Below, piece after piece: positions 8,325 to 18,938 of a stretch of DNA of 64,000 bases. The stretch's first letter is position 1. Every line of letters starts with the position of its first letter. Below the pieces are notes generated by a model, which saw only the letters and a program-made list of their open reading frames with translations, ran no database searches and was not told the DNA's origin. Origin of the DNA: Negativicutes bacterium (GTDB taxonomy: Bacteria > Bacillota > Negativicutes > UBA1444); NCBI GenBank assembly GCA_963665275.2, contig CAXXIN010000007.1, positions 672,001-736,000 on the forward strand, read 5' to 3'. Made by a program: the position numbers and the translations under genes.

Positions 8325-9095
8325 CTACCCAGCGGCCCGCTGATCACGGTATTGTTTCAGCGAATTGACCGCTTGTTGAACCTCTGGGGATTCGGGCAAT
8401 TTTTCGGCCATTTTTTCTAGATACTCCCGTTCTCTAACTGTGCGAAACGTCCATGGGAAATTCATGTCGAACATCCAGGACATACGGAACAGCATCAGAT
8501 CCGCCGAAGTCCGTATGTGCTCAAAGCGAGCCACCTCACCCTGAAGAATGCAATTCAAAGTGCCGGGTGAGACCTGTTGCACCTCGCCGTACTCCGGCAT
8601 CGGCAACATTTGGAACAACGCGTCCTCACTCGTGATCATCTCCAGGATATCAATCTTGTCCGCATCCCGGATCATCCGCGACAGATAGACCGATTCCTCG
8701 CTATCAGGAGGAATATCGCGACCATTATGATACCTCACAGCTTTTTGCACCAGCTCTTGCTGAACTTCCGGCAACTTCCCCAGCACACCCGTTTCTTTTA
8801 AAATGCGCACGCCCATGCAGGCGTGATCCTCGGACCGGAAATCATTGAACGTACGGTACTGCGTGTATTGCTGAAAACGTCCCACATCATGGAACAGCGC
8901 CACGGTCTGGGCCAAGGTGCTCCGTTCGGGCTCCAGTCGCAAAGAACCTGCCAACTCAGCCATCCGTTCACATACGCGGGCGGTGTGGTCTTCCTTGAGT
9001 CGCACGTGGGCCTGAATATCGGGGTCTTCCGAATAAAATGACCGTACATACTCTGTAAACCACCGCTTCAGCGGGTAAATGTCATCAGATATCAT
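8325..9095 (-). CDS. HD-domain metal-dependent phosphohydrolase
   Basis: H...HD...H...H...D pattern (EDHTARV, LFHDVGR, EDHA, YHN, RDADKID). Confidence 0.85.
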   Translation of the reverse strand: MISDDIYPLKRWFTEYVRSFYSEDPDIQAHVRLKEDHTARVCERMAELAGSLRLEPERSTLAQTVALFHDVGRFQQYTQYRTFNDFRSEDHACMGVRILKETGVLGKLPEVQQELVQKAVRYHNGRDIPPDSEESVYLSRMIRDADKIDILEMITSEDALFQMLPMPEYGEVQQVSPGTLNCILQGEVARFEHIRTSADLMLFRMSWMFDMNFPWTFRTVREREYLEKMAEKLPESPEVQQAVNSLKQYRDQRAAG

Positions 9096-9106
9096 ACCGT
9101 CACGTC

Positions 9107-9601
9107 CTATGACCTCATATTGATGAATTGGAGATCGATGCCGAAATCCTGCGCCCGTAAATGAGTGATCACTTTCTGCAGTTCATCTTTTTTCGCGCTC
9201 GATATGCGGATCTGGTCTCCCTGAGTTGAAGTCTGCACTTTCAGTTTCAGTCCTTTGATGGAAGCAACAATATCCCGTGCCTTGTCAGCTGCGATCCCGG
9301 TCTGGATCGTCATCATCTGACGCACAGTCCCTTTGGAAGCCTGTTCAATCTTGCCTGGAACCAAACTACGCGCCGAAATACCGGCTTTCACCATTTTCAG
9401 CCGCAGCACATCCATCATGGCATCCAGCTTAAACTCATCCTGCGCCGCAAATTTCAAGCCGGCCGCCTCAACTGTGATTTCCGCCAAGGCACCTTTAAAA
9501 TCATAGCGCTGGCCAATCTCCTTCATCGCCTGATTCACGGCGTTGTCCATACCCTGCATGTCGACCTGTGAAACCACGTCAAACGAACAATCCTGTGCCA
9601 T
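9107..9601 (-). CDS. yajQ: YajQ family nucleotide/c-di-GMP-binding protein
   Basis: MAQDCSFDVVS...NAVNQAMKEIGQRYDFKG...QGDQIRIS...LQFINMR; 164 aa from ATG 9601. Confidence 0.9.
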   Translation of the reverse strand: MAQDCSFDVVSQVDMQGMDNAVNQAMKEIGQRYDFKGALAEITVEAAGLKFAAQDEFKLDAMMDVLRLKMVKAGISARSLVPGKIEQASKGTVRQMMTIQTGIAADKARDIVASIKGLKLKVQTSTQGDQIRISSAKKDELQKVITHLRAQDFGIDLQFINMRS

Positions 9602-9602
9602 A

Positions 9603-10511
9603 TTAATATCCCTCCCGTAAATATATTTTGTATTTTTCCACCAACCGGACCGGATAATAAGAGTCCTTTGCCTTGCGCAGGCCTTCCTCACCCATGTCTT
9701 CTTCCCGGTTGATAAACTCGACATCGCCCCAAGCCTGACGACAACATTCCTGATTGATCATTGCATAGAGCCCCTGTACGGCTGGATCTGCTTTTTCCAT
9801 GTGAATGACCATAGTATCCGTGTTCAGTGCCTCGCCAAAACTAAACGCCACCGGACGTCCATTCAATCGAATGATGCCGCCGCGCAACCCCAGCAAATCA
9901 AAATGTTGCAACGCTTCCTCAATCGCCCGATACTCGTTGCCGAGAACGGCACTGGCGTCACAGTCGCGGTTCTCACACCAGGCAGCCGCTACCTGCAGGC
10001 AATCCTCTCCTGAATCAGTGGTCAACGGTTCATATTGCCAGTCCGCATGCTCTGCCCGGAACCGGTTCACAAAATTTCGTTTTGAATGGTATTTTCGTCC
10101 GGCCAGCGTCCGCAAATCTTCTGCCCGGTAAAGGTAGTCGAAATAATCCCGCTGCGGTTCCATCAGAAAACGGTCTGGCCACATTTCCTGCACTTCGGCG
10201 CACATTGCGGGTGAAAGTCCTTTCATTAAAAAGCTCTCTCCGCGCGAAAGGCTCTCCTTCACCGCCGCATCAACTGCCTGCGCAAAAGCTTTCTCTGGCG
10301 GCGTAAAGGCAGGCAAAAAATAAATCAGGCCATTGGCCTGCAGCCGGACATACAATGATTCATCCTGCACAGCCCAGGATGTCGAATAATTATTTCGCCA
10401 AACCAACAAATTGGTGAACGTAAACCAGGAGTTCTCGTAATAGCGCCGGTGGAAGGCCAGGTCAAATACCTGCTTATCTTCCAGCTCAATGGGTTTAAAA
10501 TTCAATATCAA
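9603..10511 (-). CDS. DUF2156 (GNAT-like, aminoacyl-phosphatidylglycerol synthase C-terminal-like) protein
   Basis: DYLY...LAGRKYHSKRNFVNRF...HMEKAD...GLYAMIN...INREEDMGEEGLRKAKDSYYP. Confidence 0.85.
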   Translation of the reverse strand: MILNFKPIELEDKQVFDLAFHRRYYENSWFTFTNLLVWRNNYSTSWAVQDESLYVRLQANGLIYFLPAFTPPEKAFAQAVDAAVKESLSRGESFLMKGLSPAMCAEVQEMWPDRFLMEPQRDYFDYLYRAEDLRTLAGRKYHSKRNFVNRFRAEHADWQYEPLTTDSGEDCLQVAAAWCENRDCDASAVLGNEYRAIEEALQHFDLLGLRGGIIRLNGRPVAFSFGEALNTDTMVIHMEKADPAVQGLYAMINQECCRQAWGDVEFINREEDMGEEGLRKAKDSYYPVRLVEKYKIYLREGY

Positions 10512-10530
10512 TCATCTCCATAATATTATA

Positions 10531-10559
10531 TAATTCTCTCTTCACTTGTGTTTTCCTTT
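10531..10559 (-). promoter_or_regulatory. Sigma-H-type promoter of the DUF2156-yajQ-HD-hyi operon
   Basis: AAAGGAAAA-N11-AGAGAATTA matches the RNAGGAWWW-N11/12-RNNGAATWW consensus. Confidence 0.55.
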
Positions 10560-10574
10560 ATATATTCAGACGTA

Positions 10575-10615
10575 AAAGAAAACACCGACTGCACTTTTTC
10601 TCTGCAGCCGGCATT
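10575..10615 (-). terminator. Terminator after clpB
   Basis: - strand GCCGGCTGCA...TGCAGTCGGT stem (with G-U pairs) followed by GTTTTCTTTT. Confidence 0.65.
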
Positions 10616-10625
10616 TTTCTTCAGT

Positions 10626-13220
10626 TTATTGTTCGTCGCTCTTTTGCACTTCTAGGTCGATTTTTCCTGATTCCGCAGTAAGTTTGACCACCGACCCTTC
10701 AGGCACTTCGCCCCGTACAATGCGCTTGGAAAGCTCGGTCTCCACAGCCCGGCTGATCAATCGTCGCAGCGGACGAGCGCCATAGTTGGGATCGTAACCT
10801 TCCGTTGCCAGTCGCCTTAGGACCGCATCACTCCATTTCAACGTGATGTTGATCTGTTTCTGCAGCCGTTTCGCCAGTCCTGCCAGCATAATTCCGGCAA
10901 TTGTTCCAACTTGTTCTGCAGACAGGGCATTGAATACGATGATATCATCGATCCGATTCAGAAATTCTGGCCGGAAGTGAACTTTCATCATCTCAAGCAC
11001 CCGTCCTTTGGCCACTTCAAAGGAATTATTCAAGATCTCGGCTGACCCAAGATTCGAAGTCATAATGATCACTGTGTTCTTGAAATCAACCGTCCGGCCC
11101 TTGCCATCCGTCAAGCGTCCATCCTCGAGAATCTGCAGCAACACATTGAACACATCATTATGCGCTTTTTCAATCTCATCAAGCAAGATAACGCTGTATG
11201 GACGGCGCCGCACCGCTTCCGTGAGCTGCCCGCCTTCATCGTATCCGACATATCCCGGTGGTGCTCCAATCAGGCGGGACACAGTATGTTTTTCCATATA
11301 TTCGCTCATGTCGAGACGGATCATGCTCCGTTCGTCATCGAACAATACTTCAGCCAGAGTTTTAGCCAATTCTGTCTTGCCGACTCCGGTCGGTCCAAGA
11401 AAAACGAACGATCCGATGGGACGCCCGGGATCCTTGATCCCCGCCCGAGCACGGATGATGGCTTCACTGACAGCCTGCACTGCTTCGTCCTGTCCGACTA
11501 CACGCTCATGCAAGACATCTTCGAGATGCGCCAGCTTTTCGCGTTCGCCTGTCAGCATTCGGGTAACCGGAATGCCGGTCCAACGGCTGACGACTTTGGC
11601 GATATCATCTTCGTCGACTTCTTCTTTCAAAAGCATTTTATGGTTGCGTTTTTCTTTCAGCAGTTCTTCTTCGCTTTGTAATCGATGTTCCAATTCCGGC
11701 AGGCGACCATATTTCAGTTCAGCCAGACGATTCAGGTCATAGGCGCGTTCCGCCCCTTCCATGTCGTTGCGAACTGATTCGATTTCTTTTTTCAACCCGC
11801 GCAGCCGGGTAATCCCCTGCTTTTCAACTTGCCACTGCGCTTTTAGCGAATCTGATTGTTGCTTTGTTTCAAGCAATTCTTCTTCGATTCGGGCCAGTCG
11901 TTCCACGGAAGCTGGATCTTTTTCGTTTTTGAGCGCTTGCTGTTCGATCTCCAGCTGCATGACACGACGCAACAACTCATCAAGTTCAGTAGGCATGGAA
12001 TCGATTTCGGTCCTCAGTTTTGCAGCCGATTCGTCCATCAAATCAATGGCCTTGTCCGGCAAAAAGCGATCGGCAATGTAACGATCCGACAGAACAGCCG
12101 CCGCTACCAGCGCTGAATCTTTGATCTTTACGCCATGGTGAACTTCGTAACGGTCTTTCAGTCCGCGCAGGATGGAAATCGCATCCTCCACCGAGGGTTG
12201 CGCCACCATGACCGGCTGGAAACGGCGCTCCAACGCGGCATCTTTTTCGATATGCTTACGGTATTCATTGAGGGTCGTTGCACCGATACAGCGCAGCTCC
12301 CCGCGAGCCAGCATTGGTTTTAGAATGTTGCCGGCATCCATGGCCCCTTCGGCAGCGCCGGCGCCGACTACGGTATGCAGTTCATCGATGAACAGAATAA
12401 TCCTGCCCTCGGATTTAGAAATTTCTGTGAGTACACCTTTGAGACGTTCCTCGAATTCCCCGCGGTACTTCGATCCCGCCACCATCGCGCTAAGGTCGAG
12501 GGAATAAACGATCTTGTTTTTCAGTGATTCCGGCACATCCCCCGCAATAATCCGGCGGGCCAATCCCTCTACGATTGCCGTCTTACCGACACCAGGTTCG
12601 CCAATGAGCACAGGATTATTTTTGGTCCGCCGCGATAAAATCTCAATTACACGCCGAATTTCCTCATCCCGGCCAATCACCGGGTCAAGTTTCCCCTGTT
12701 TGGCCAGCTCGGTGAGATCGCGACCATACTTGGCCAGCAGCTGTTCGCCGCCTTCAGGGTTATCGCTGGTAACATTCTGCCCCTTACGAAAATCACGGGC
12801 CCATTCCCGGATTTTTGAACGGGTCAGCCCAAAATCCCGGCAAACTTGAACAACATCACTGTCGCCGTCTTCCGCAAGCGCCATCAGCAGATGTTCAACA
12901 CTGATATATTCGTCCTGCGCATCTTTCGCCATTTTTTCGGCCAGCGCCATCACCCGCACCATCGCGGTATTCCAGTGCAGGTTCCCTTCCTGCCCCTTGA
13001 CAACCGGCTGGTTTTTCACGAGTTGTCCGGCTTTCGTTTCGATCAGTCCCGGTTCGATCTTAGCCTGAGCCAATATATAATCAATGATCCCGTCCCGGTC
13101 TTTCATTAATGCATGCAACACATGCCGGGAGGTCACTTCCTGATGATAATTCATTGCCGCCGATTGCTGCGCGTCTTGCAGCACCGCCGTCGTTTTTTGC
13201 GTGAACTTTTCTTCCGCCAT
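10626..13220 (-). CDS. clpB: ATP-dependent disaggregase ClpB
   Basis: Two AAA+ modules ([16 protein letters not shown]) with a long coiled-coil middle domain; 864 aa. Confidence 0.97.
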   Translation of the reverse strand: MAEEKFTQKTTAVLQDAQQSAAMNYHQEVTSRHVLHALMKDRDGIIDYILAQAKIEPGLIETKAGQLVKNQPVVKGQEGNLHWNTAMVRVMALAEKMAKDAQDEYISVEHLLMALAEDGDSDVVQVCRDFGLTRSKIREWARDFRKGQNVTSDNPEGGEQLLAKYGRDLTELAKQGKLDPVIGRDEEIRRVIEILSRRTKNNPVLIGEPGVGKTAIVEGLARRIIAGDVPESLKNKIVYSLDLSAMVAGSKYRGEFEERLKGVLTEISKSEGRIILFIDELHTVVGAGAAEGAMDAGNILKPMLARGELRCIGATTLNEYRKHIEKDAALERRFQPVMVAQPSVEDAISILRGLKDRYEVHHGVKIKDSALVAAAVLSDRYIADRFLPDKAIDLMDESAAKLRTEIDSMPTELDELLRRVMQLEIEQQALKNEKDPASVERLARIEEELLETKQQSDSLKAQWQVEKQGITRLRGLKKEIESVRNDMEGAERAYDLNRLAELKYGRLPELEHRLQSEEELLKEKRNHKMLLKEEVDEDDIAKVVSRWTGIPVTRMLTGEREKLAHLEDVLHERVVGQDEAVQAVSEAIIRARAGIKDPGRPIGSFVFLGPTGVGKTELAKTLAEVLFDDERSMIRLDMSEYMEKHTVSRLIGAPPGYVGYDEGGQLTEAVRRRPYSVILLDEIEKAHNDVFNVLLQILEDGRLTDGKGRTVDFKNTVIIMTSNLGSAEILNNSFEVAKGRVLEMMKVHFRPEFLNRIDDIIVFNALSAEQVGTIAGIMLAGLAKRLQKQINITLKWSDAVLRRLATEGYDPNYGARPLRRLISRAVETELSKRIVRGEVPEGSVVKLTAESGKIDLEVQKSDEQ

Positions 13221-13238
13221 TTCTCTTCCCTCCTTCGC

Positions 13239-14156
13239 CTATCGGTTCCTTAATTCAAAAATCTTTCGATACATTTCAACTTCCTCGGGGCTCTGCTCCA
13301 GCGGAGTGTCGATTTTCACCCGCACGAACATATCTCCAAGCGTGCCATTTTTGCGTTTGAGGCCTTTATCTTTCAACCGCATTTTTTGTCCATTATGAAT
13401 ACCGGCCGGAATTTTCAGCTGAATCATTCCATCCGGCGTAGGCACAGAAATTTTGTCACCTACTACCGCCTGATCAGGATAAATGGTCAGATCAGCTTCA
13501 ATATCCACCTGGTCTTCGATTTTCCAGATCGGATGCGGCAACGCTTTCAGCTGCAGCAATAAATCGCCTGCAGTTCCGCCTCCACGCCCTTCGCCGCCAA
13601 GCCCCTTAAGGCGCAACACCGCGCCAGGATAAATTCGCGGTGGAATTTTCACCTTAACGGTCTTCGTTGTTCTGCCTGTCTGAATCTGGATATCCTTTTC
13701 GCCGCCTTTGTAAAATTCCTCGACCAAAAGATTGATCTCAGCTTCTATATCTTCGCCTCGCACAGGTCCGCGCGATCGCTCCGCACGGCCCCCGCGACGA
13801 CCAAAAACATCCTGACCGAACATCGAAGCGAAGAAGTCGCTGAAACCATCCAGGCCTTCCCCGTTGACATTTGCGTTGCGAAAATCAAACCCGCCGATAT
13901 CGGGACCAGGCTGAAAATCCTGCCCTGATTGCCAGTTCATGCCCAATCGATCGTACTTGGACCTTTTATCCGCGTCACTGAGCACTTCATAGGCCTCGTT
14001 GATCGTTTTGAATTTTTCTTCTGCCGCCTTCTTGGCATCACCCTGATGTAAATCAGGGTGATGCTGCCTGGCGAGCTTGCGGTAAGCAGTCTTTATTTCT
14101 TTCTCAGTTGCCGTCCGGGGAACTCCCAGAGCTTCATAGTAGTCGATAAATTTCAT
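13239..14156 (-). CDS. Class II J-domain protein (DnaJ/CbpA-like, no zinc finger)
   Basis: J domain with HPD, G/F-rich region with FSDFF, DnaJ C-terminal domain, no CxxCxGxG repeats. Confidence 0.9.
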   Translation of the reverse strand: MKFIDYYEALGVPRTATEKEIKTAYRKLARQHHPDLHQGDAKKAAEEKFKTINEAYEVLSDADKRSKYDRLGMNWQSGQDFQPGPDIGGFDFRNANVNGEGLDGFSDFFASMFGQDVFGRRGGRAERSRGPVRGEDIEAEINLLVEEFYKGGEKDIQIQTGRTTKTVKVKIPPRIYPGAVLRLKGLGGEGRGGGTAGDLLLQLKALPHPIWKIEDQVDIEADLTIYPDQAVVGDKISVPTPDGMIQLKIPAGIHNGQKMRLKDKGLKRKNGTLGDMFVRVKIDTPLEQSPEEVEMYRKIFELRNR

Positions 14157-14181
14157 CGTATGCTCACCGCCATTTCAGCCA

Positions 14182-16062
14182 TTATTTCTTTTCTTCGTAC
14201 TCAGCATCCATCACATCATCGCCGCTCTTTTTGTGTGCGGCAGGATTTTCAACCGTTGGCCCCTGTGCTTCCGGCTTACACTGGCACGCCTGTCCGTAAG
14301 CCTGCTCAAGTTCCGTTTTAACGCTGCGCATCGCTTCAATGTCCGCATTATCATCAAGCGCCTTCTTTGCTTTTTCTAACGCAGCTTCCAATAACCCTTT
14401 GACATGTGCAGGCAAAGTCCCTGCTTGTTCCGCCAGGATTCGTTTGGACTGATAGGCGAGGGAGTCCACTTCGTTCCGGACTTCCACCAGCAATCGCCGC
14501 TGTTTGTCTTCTTCGGCGTGTTGTTTGGCGGTATTGACCATATTGTTCACTTCATCCTTCGGCAAATTGCTCGAGTTGGAAATCGTGATGGTCTGTTCCT
14601 TGCCAGTTGTCTTATCTTTGGCGCTTACGGTCAGAATACCGTTGGCGTCAATATCAAAGGTGACCTCAATTTGGGGAATTCCCCGCTGCGCCGGCGCAAT
14701 ACCGCTGAGTTTGACCCGTCCCAAGGTTCGGTTGTCCTTGGCCATTTCACGCTCACCTTGCAGTACATGCACATCCACTTCTGGCTGGTTATCATCCGCC
14801 GTGCTGAAAACCTGGCTACGCCGAGCTGGAATCGTCGTGTTTCGCTCGATGATCTTGGTCATCACGCCGCCCAGTGTTTCCACCCCTAGAGACAACGGCG
14901 TCACATCCAACAATACGACATCTTTCAGTTCCCCCGTTAGAACGCCAGCCTGAATCGCGGCGCCTACCGCCACGACTTCATCCGGGTTCACGCTTTGATT
15001 CGGTTCCTTCCCCGTCAGCGAACGCACCATTTTTTGCACCGCAGGAATTCGCGTAGAGCCTCCAACGAGAATTACTTCCGCGATATCTTTCGCCGTCAGT
15101 TTAGCATCGGACATTGCCTGTTCCACCGGTTTGCGGCAACGGTTCACGAGCGCCGAAGTCAAATCGTCGAACTTGGCCCGGCTGAGTTTCGCCTCCAAAT
15201 GGCGTGGCCCGGAAGCATCCGCAGTAACGAATGGCAGACTGATGGTAGTCTCCGTAACGGCCGACAACTCAACCTTGGCTTTTTCCGCCGCTTCTGTCAG
15301 TCTCTGGAGCGCTTGCTTGTCTGTGCGCAACTCGATTCCGTCAGATTTCTTGAACTCGTCAGCCATCCAGTCCACCAGGACTTTGTCGAAATCGTCGCCG
15401 CCCAGATGAGTGTCCCCGCTCGTCGATTTTACTTCGAATACGCCATCTCCCACTTCGAGGATCGACACGTCAAAGGTGCCGCCGCCGAGGTCAAAGACCA
15501 AGATCGTTTCATTTTTCTTTTTGTCTAATCCATACGCCAAAGCCGCTGCCGTCGGCTCGTTGATGATCCGCAGGACATTCAGTCCGGCAATTTTCCCGGC
15601 ATCTTTGGTAGCTTGACGTTGAGCATCGTTGAAATATGCCGGTACGGTGATTACGGCATCAGTAATTTTTTCGCCGAGATACTTGGCGGCATCATCCACC
15701 ATTTTGCGCAGCACCTGCGCAGAAATTTCTTCCGGCGCATATCCTTTGTCGTCGACCTGAAACTTTACCGTATTTCCAGGTCCTGTCGTCACCTTATAAG
15801 GTACCAGTTTCATCTCTTCGGTGACTTCGTCATATCGTCGGCCAATAAATCGCTTAACTGATGAAAAGGTCTTTGTGGGATTCATTACCGACTGGCGTTT
15901 GGCCAACTGCCCAACCAACCTCTCGTTATTGTCCCGAAACGCCACTACCGATGGCGTAGTTCGACCACCTTCAGTATTGGCAATCACCTCCGGTCGTTCC
16001 CCTTCCAGTACTGCTATGACCGAGTTGGTCGTCCCTAAATCAATTCCTACTGCTCTTCCCAT
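14182..16062 (-). CDS. dnaK: Chaperone DnaK (Hsp70)
   Basis: [17 protein letters not shown] and DLGGGTFD motifs. Start at ATG 16062 after GGAGG. Confidence 0.97.
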   Translation of the reverse strand: MGRAVGIDLGTTNSVIAVLEGERPEVIANTEGGRTTPSVVAFRDNNERLVGQLAKRQSVMNPTKTFSSVKRFIGRRYDEVTEEMKLVPYKVTTGPGNTVKFQVDDKGYAPEEISAQVLRKMVDDAAKYLGEKITDAVITVPAYFNDAQRQATKDAGKIAGLNVLRIINEPTAAALAYGLDKKKNETILVFDLGGGTFDVSILEVGDGVFEVKSTSGDTHLGGDDFDKVLVDWMADEFKKSDGIELRTDKQALQRLTEAAEKAKVELSAVTETTISLPFVTADASGPRHLEAKLSRAKFDDLTSALVNRCRKPVEQAMSDAKLTAKDIAEVILVGGSTRIPAVQKMVRSLTGKEPNQSVNPDEVVAVGAAIQAGVLTGELKDVVLLDVTPLSLGVETLGGVMTKIIERNTTIPARRSQVFSTADDNQPEVDVHVLQGEREMAKDNRTLGRVKLSGIAPAQRGIPQIEVTFDIDANGILTVSAKDKTTGKEQTITISNSSNLPKDEVNNMVNTAKQHAEEDKQRRLLVEVRNEVDSLAYQSKRILAEQAGTLPAHVKGLLEAALEKAKKALDDNADIEAMRSVKTELEQAYGQACQCKPEAQGPTVENPAAHKKSGDDVMDAEYEEKK

Positions 16063-16143
16063 AACCAAAACCTCCTTTTCTTTCTGCGCAATCGCGTAAC
16101 TGCTGTCTAATGAAAGCAACACAACACATTATGATAATTTCGT

Positions 16144-16180
16144 AAAAAAACCGGCCTCCCTTTCAGGAGAGAGACCGGTT
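16144..16180 (-). terminator. Intrinsic terminator between hsp20 and dnaK
   Basis: - strand ACCGGTCTC...GAGGCCGGT stem followed by a T-tract. Confidence 0.7.
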
Positions 16181-16195
16181 CGCAAGTGCAACCTT

Positions 16196-16624
16196 TTACT
16201 GAATGTCCACCACATGTCCCTTTTCGGACTTGGTTGCCTTGGGAATCGTGATGGTCAGTACGCCTTCTGCGAACTTAGCTGACGCCTTGTCACTGTCAAC
16301 CAGCGCTGGCAACGGCAAGGTTCGACTGTAGGTTCCATAAAAACGTTCCGAATGGAAATAGTTATCTTTTTTATCTTCGAAGTCTGATTTTACTTCGCCA
16401 CGGAGCGTGATAGTATCTTCCGTCACCGTCACGTTGATATCCTCTTTTTTGACACCAGGCACATCAGCTTTCACAACGATTTCCGTTTCATTCTGGATAA
16501 TATCCACCTTGGGTTCGCCACCCTTGAATAAAACAGGAACATTAGGAACATCCAGCATCCTGGTCATGTCGGAGATGTCGCGGAAAAGGTGGTCCATAGG
16601 CGACCACATCCTGAGATTTGCCAT
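16196..16624 (-). CDS. Hsp20/alpha-crystallin small heat shock protein
   Basis: PKVDI...ADVPGVKKEDI...ERFYGTYSRTLPLP...GVLTITIPK. Confidence 0.93.
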   Translation of the reverse strand: MANLRMWSPMDHLFRDISDMTRMLDVPNVPVLFKGGEPKVDIIQNETEIVVKADVPGVKKEDINVTVTEDTITLRGEVKSDFEDKKDNYFHSERFYGTYSRTLPLPALVDSDKASAKFAEGVLTITIPKATKSEKGHVVDIQ

Positions 16625-16668
16625 GTTGAACCCTCCTCATTTATTTTTAGGCTTTTGCCCTTGACTTG

Positions 16669-16710
16669 ATTGTAACAAACCAGTTTTTAAAAGTCAATAT
16701 TTTTGACTTT
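16669..16710 (-). promoter_or_regulatory. Sigma-A promoter of hsp20 overlapped by an inverted repeat
   Basis: TTGACT-N17-TACAAT with extended -10 TG (16669-16697). AAAGTCAA-N5-TTGACTTT (16690-16710) overlaps the -35. Confidence 0.7.
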
Positions 16711-16780
16711 ATCTTTTTATAATATTTCATCGAAAAAATCATACGTTGGCTTATATACAAAAGACACCAAAAGTGCATAC

Positions 16781-16815
16781 AAAAGGCGGCGTCAGTTTTC
16801 ACCAACGCCGCCTTT
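16781..16815 (-). terminator. Terminator after glmS
   Basis: AAAGGCGGCGT / ACGCCGCCTTT inverted repeat just past the stop codon. Confidence 0.75.
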
Positions 16816-16825
16816 GAGAAACGAG

Positions 16826-18655
16826 TTATTCGACTGTAACGCTTTTCGCCAGGTTTCGGGGTTTATCAACGTCGCAGCCTCTTGTAACTGCCGCATAGTA
16901 AGCCAGCAGTTGCAGGGGAATGACCGCCAGGATAGGCGCCAAATATTTGTCAGTGGCTGGAATGAAGATCGTGTGATCGACGTATTTTTTGATCTGTTCG
17001 TCCCCTTCCATTGCCAAGCCGATAACAACCGCATCGCGTGCTTTGACTTCCTTGATATTGCTCAAGGTTTTTTCATAGACATCCATCTGTGTGGCGAGGG
17101 CAATCACCGGGACTCCTTCGATAATGAGCGCAAGTGTGCCATGTTTCAGTTCACCAGCTGCATAGGCTTCAGCATGGATATAAGAAATTTCCTTGAGTTT
17201 CAAGGCCCCTTCCATCGCCACGGCATAGTCGAGCGACCGGCCGATGAAAAACACATCTTCATTGAAGCCGTACAATTCCGCAAAAGTTTTGACCGACTGT
17301 CCATTGGCGAGAAATGTCTCCGCTTTTTGCGGCAAATTCCGCAGTTCTGACACGATTTTCTGCAGCCTGTCTGCGGGAAGGCTCTCACGTAAGGCGGCCA
17401 GATAGAGCGAGACCATCAGCATGATCAACAGTTGCGTAGTATAGGCTTTGGTGGATGCGACCGCAATTTCCGGACCGGCCCAGGTATATATCACCTGATC
17501 CGCCTCGCGCGAAATGGATGAGCCAACAACATTGGTCACTGCCAATGTGCGAGCGCCCAGCCGCTTCGCTTCTTTCAGGGCGGCCAACGAGTCGCTGGTT
17601 TCACCGGATTGGCTGATCACGATGACCAATGTGCTGGAATCCACCAACGGATTCCGGTATCGGAACTCGGACGCGATATCGACCTCGACCGGTATCCGCG
17701 CCAATTGTTCGATGTAGTATTTGCCGACCAGACCCGCATGATAAGCTGTTCCGCAGGCGGTAATCATGATTTTTTTGATAGCGGCGACATCTTCACGAGT
17801 CCATTTCAATTCGTCAAACGTGATGACATTATTATCCCGGCTCACCCGAGCCGTCATAGTATCCCGAAACGCCTTGGGCTGCTCAACAATCTCTTTGAGC
17901 ATGAAATGATCGTACCCGCCTTTTTCAGCCGCCTCCGCATCCCAGTTGACTTCGAAGACCTTCTTGGAAATAGGCACGCCCTGACGGTTGGTCACCCAGA
18001 CGGAGTCTTTGGTTACGACAGCCATTTCGCCGTCGCTGAGAATGAAGGTCCGCCGGGTACGGCTGATGATCGCAGGGATATCGGATGCGATGAAATTCTC
18101 CCCTTCACCCAGGCCAATAACCAGAGGGTTGTCCTGCTTGGTGCAGATAATCTTATCCGGGTCATGTTTGGAAATAAACACCAGCGAGTAGGATCCTCGA
18201 ATTTCGGACAGTACTTTTTTTACGGCGTCAACAAAATCTCCTTGATAATACTCTTCCACCAGATGAGCCACGACTTCGGTATCAGTTTCAGACACGAATT
18301 TATGGCCTTTTTCGATCAATCGTTCCTTAATTTGGAGATAGTTTTCGACGATTCCATTATGTACGACCACGAAATCTCCATGGCAATCGGTATGGGGGTG
18401 AGAGTTGATGTCGGATGGACGACCATGAGTAGCCCAACGGGTGTGTCCGATCCCCATATGACCCTTGGGAATATGCCCTTCGATCTTCTTTTCGAGGCTT
18501 CCGAGACGGCCCATACATTTTTCAACGACGATTTCCTCACCATTGAACACGGCAATACCAGCCGAGTCATAACCACGATATTCCAGTTTGCGCAACCCTT
18601 CCAGCAAAAAAGCTGCAGCCTGTTTCGGGCCAACATAGCCCACAATGCCACACAT
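16826..18655 (-). CDS. glmS: Glutamine--fructose-6-phosphate aminotransferase
   Basis: MCGIVG N-terminus, GHTRWATHG, and PRNLAKSVTVE C-terminus. Confidence 0.98.
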   Translation of the reverse strand: MCGIVGYVGPKQAAAFLLEGLRKLEYRGYDSAGIAVFNGEEIVVEKCMGRLGSLEKKIEGHIPKGHMGIGHTRWATHGRPSDINSHPHTDCHGDFVVVHNGIVENYLQIKERLIEKGHKFVSETDTEVVAHLVEEYYQGDFVDAVKKVLSEIRGSYSLVFISKHDPDKIICTKQDNPLVIGLGEGENFIASDIPAIISRTRRTFILSDGEMAVVTKDSVWVTNRQGVPISKKVFEVNWDAEAAEKGGYDHFMLKEIVEQPKAFRDTMTARVSRDNNVITFDELKWTREDVAAIKKIMITACGTAYHAGLVGKYYIEQLARIPVEVDIASEFRYRNPLVDSSTLVIVISQSGETSDSLAALKEAKRLGARTLAVTNVVGSSISREADQVIYTWAGPEIAVASTKAYTTQLLIMLMVSLYLAALRESLPADRLQKIVSELRNLPQKAETFLANGQSVKTFAELYGFNEDVFFIGRSLDYAVAMEGALKLKEISYIHAEAYAAGELKHGTLALIIEGVPVIALATQMDVYEKTLSNIKEVKARDAVVIGLAMEGDEQIKKYVDHTIFIPATDKYLAPILAVIPLQLLAYYAAVTRGCDVDKPRNLAKSVTVE

Positions 18656-18689
18656 CTATTAGTTTCCTCCAATATGCTATTCATTTTCT

Positions 18690-18828
18690 GCCACAGTCGT
18701 TTTGTCCCACTGGTCGCCCAGCGGTTTTGTCGACTGCTTTCGACTGCAGACAGTCGGGAGGCATCCGCTGAAAACTCGATTAACCTCCGCCTCGTCCACT
18801 TGCCTTTCGGCAAGTGCCAGCGCTATAT
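18690..18828 (-). ncRNA. glmS ribozyme (GlcN6P-activated, self-cleaving)
   Basis: - strand AUAGCGC-P1 hairpin (CACUUGCC GAAA GGCAAGUG)-GACGAGGCGGAGGUUAAUCGAGUUUUCAGCGGAUGCCUCCCG, followed by the P3/P4 region. Predicted cleavage between 18824 and 18823. Located in the glmS 5' UTR. Confidence 0.95.
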
Positions 18829-18938
18829 GATTCTGTTCCAGCCTGCGTCACTGTTTTTTTGTTCTCACCTCTTTCCCTGACAATATGGGCGGCTCCAGAA
18901 TATATTTAATGCCATTGTATATTATGCGAAGGGCTGGG

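Noticed and set aside
16703-17350. 215-aa + strand ORF starting in the hsp20 promoter region
   Set aside because: Mostly antisense to glmS, crosses its terminator, and has no RBS.
17609-18880. 423-aa + strand ORF
   Set aside because: Antisense shadow of glmS and its ribozyme; no recognisable motifs.
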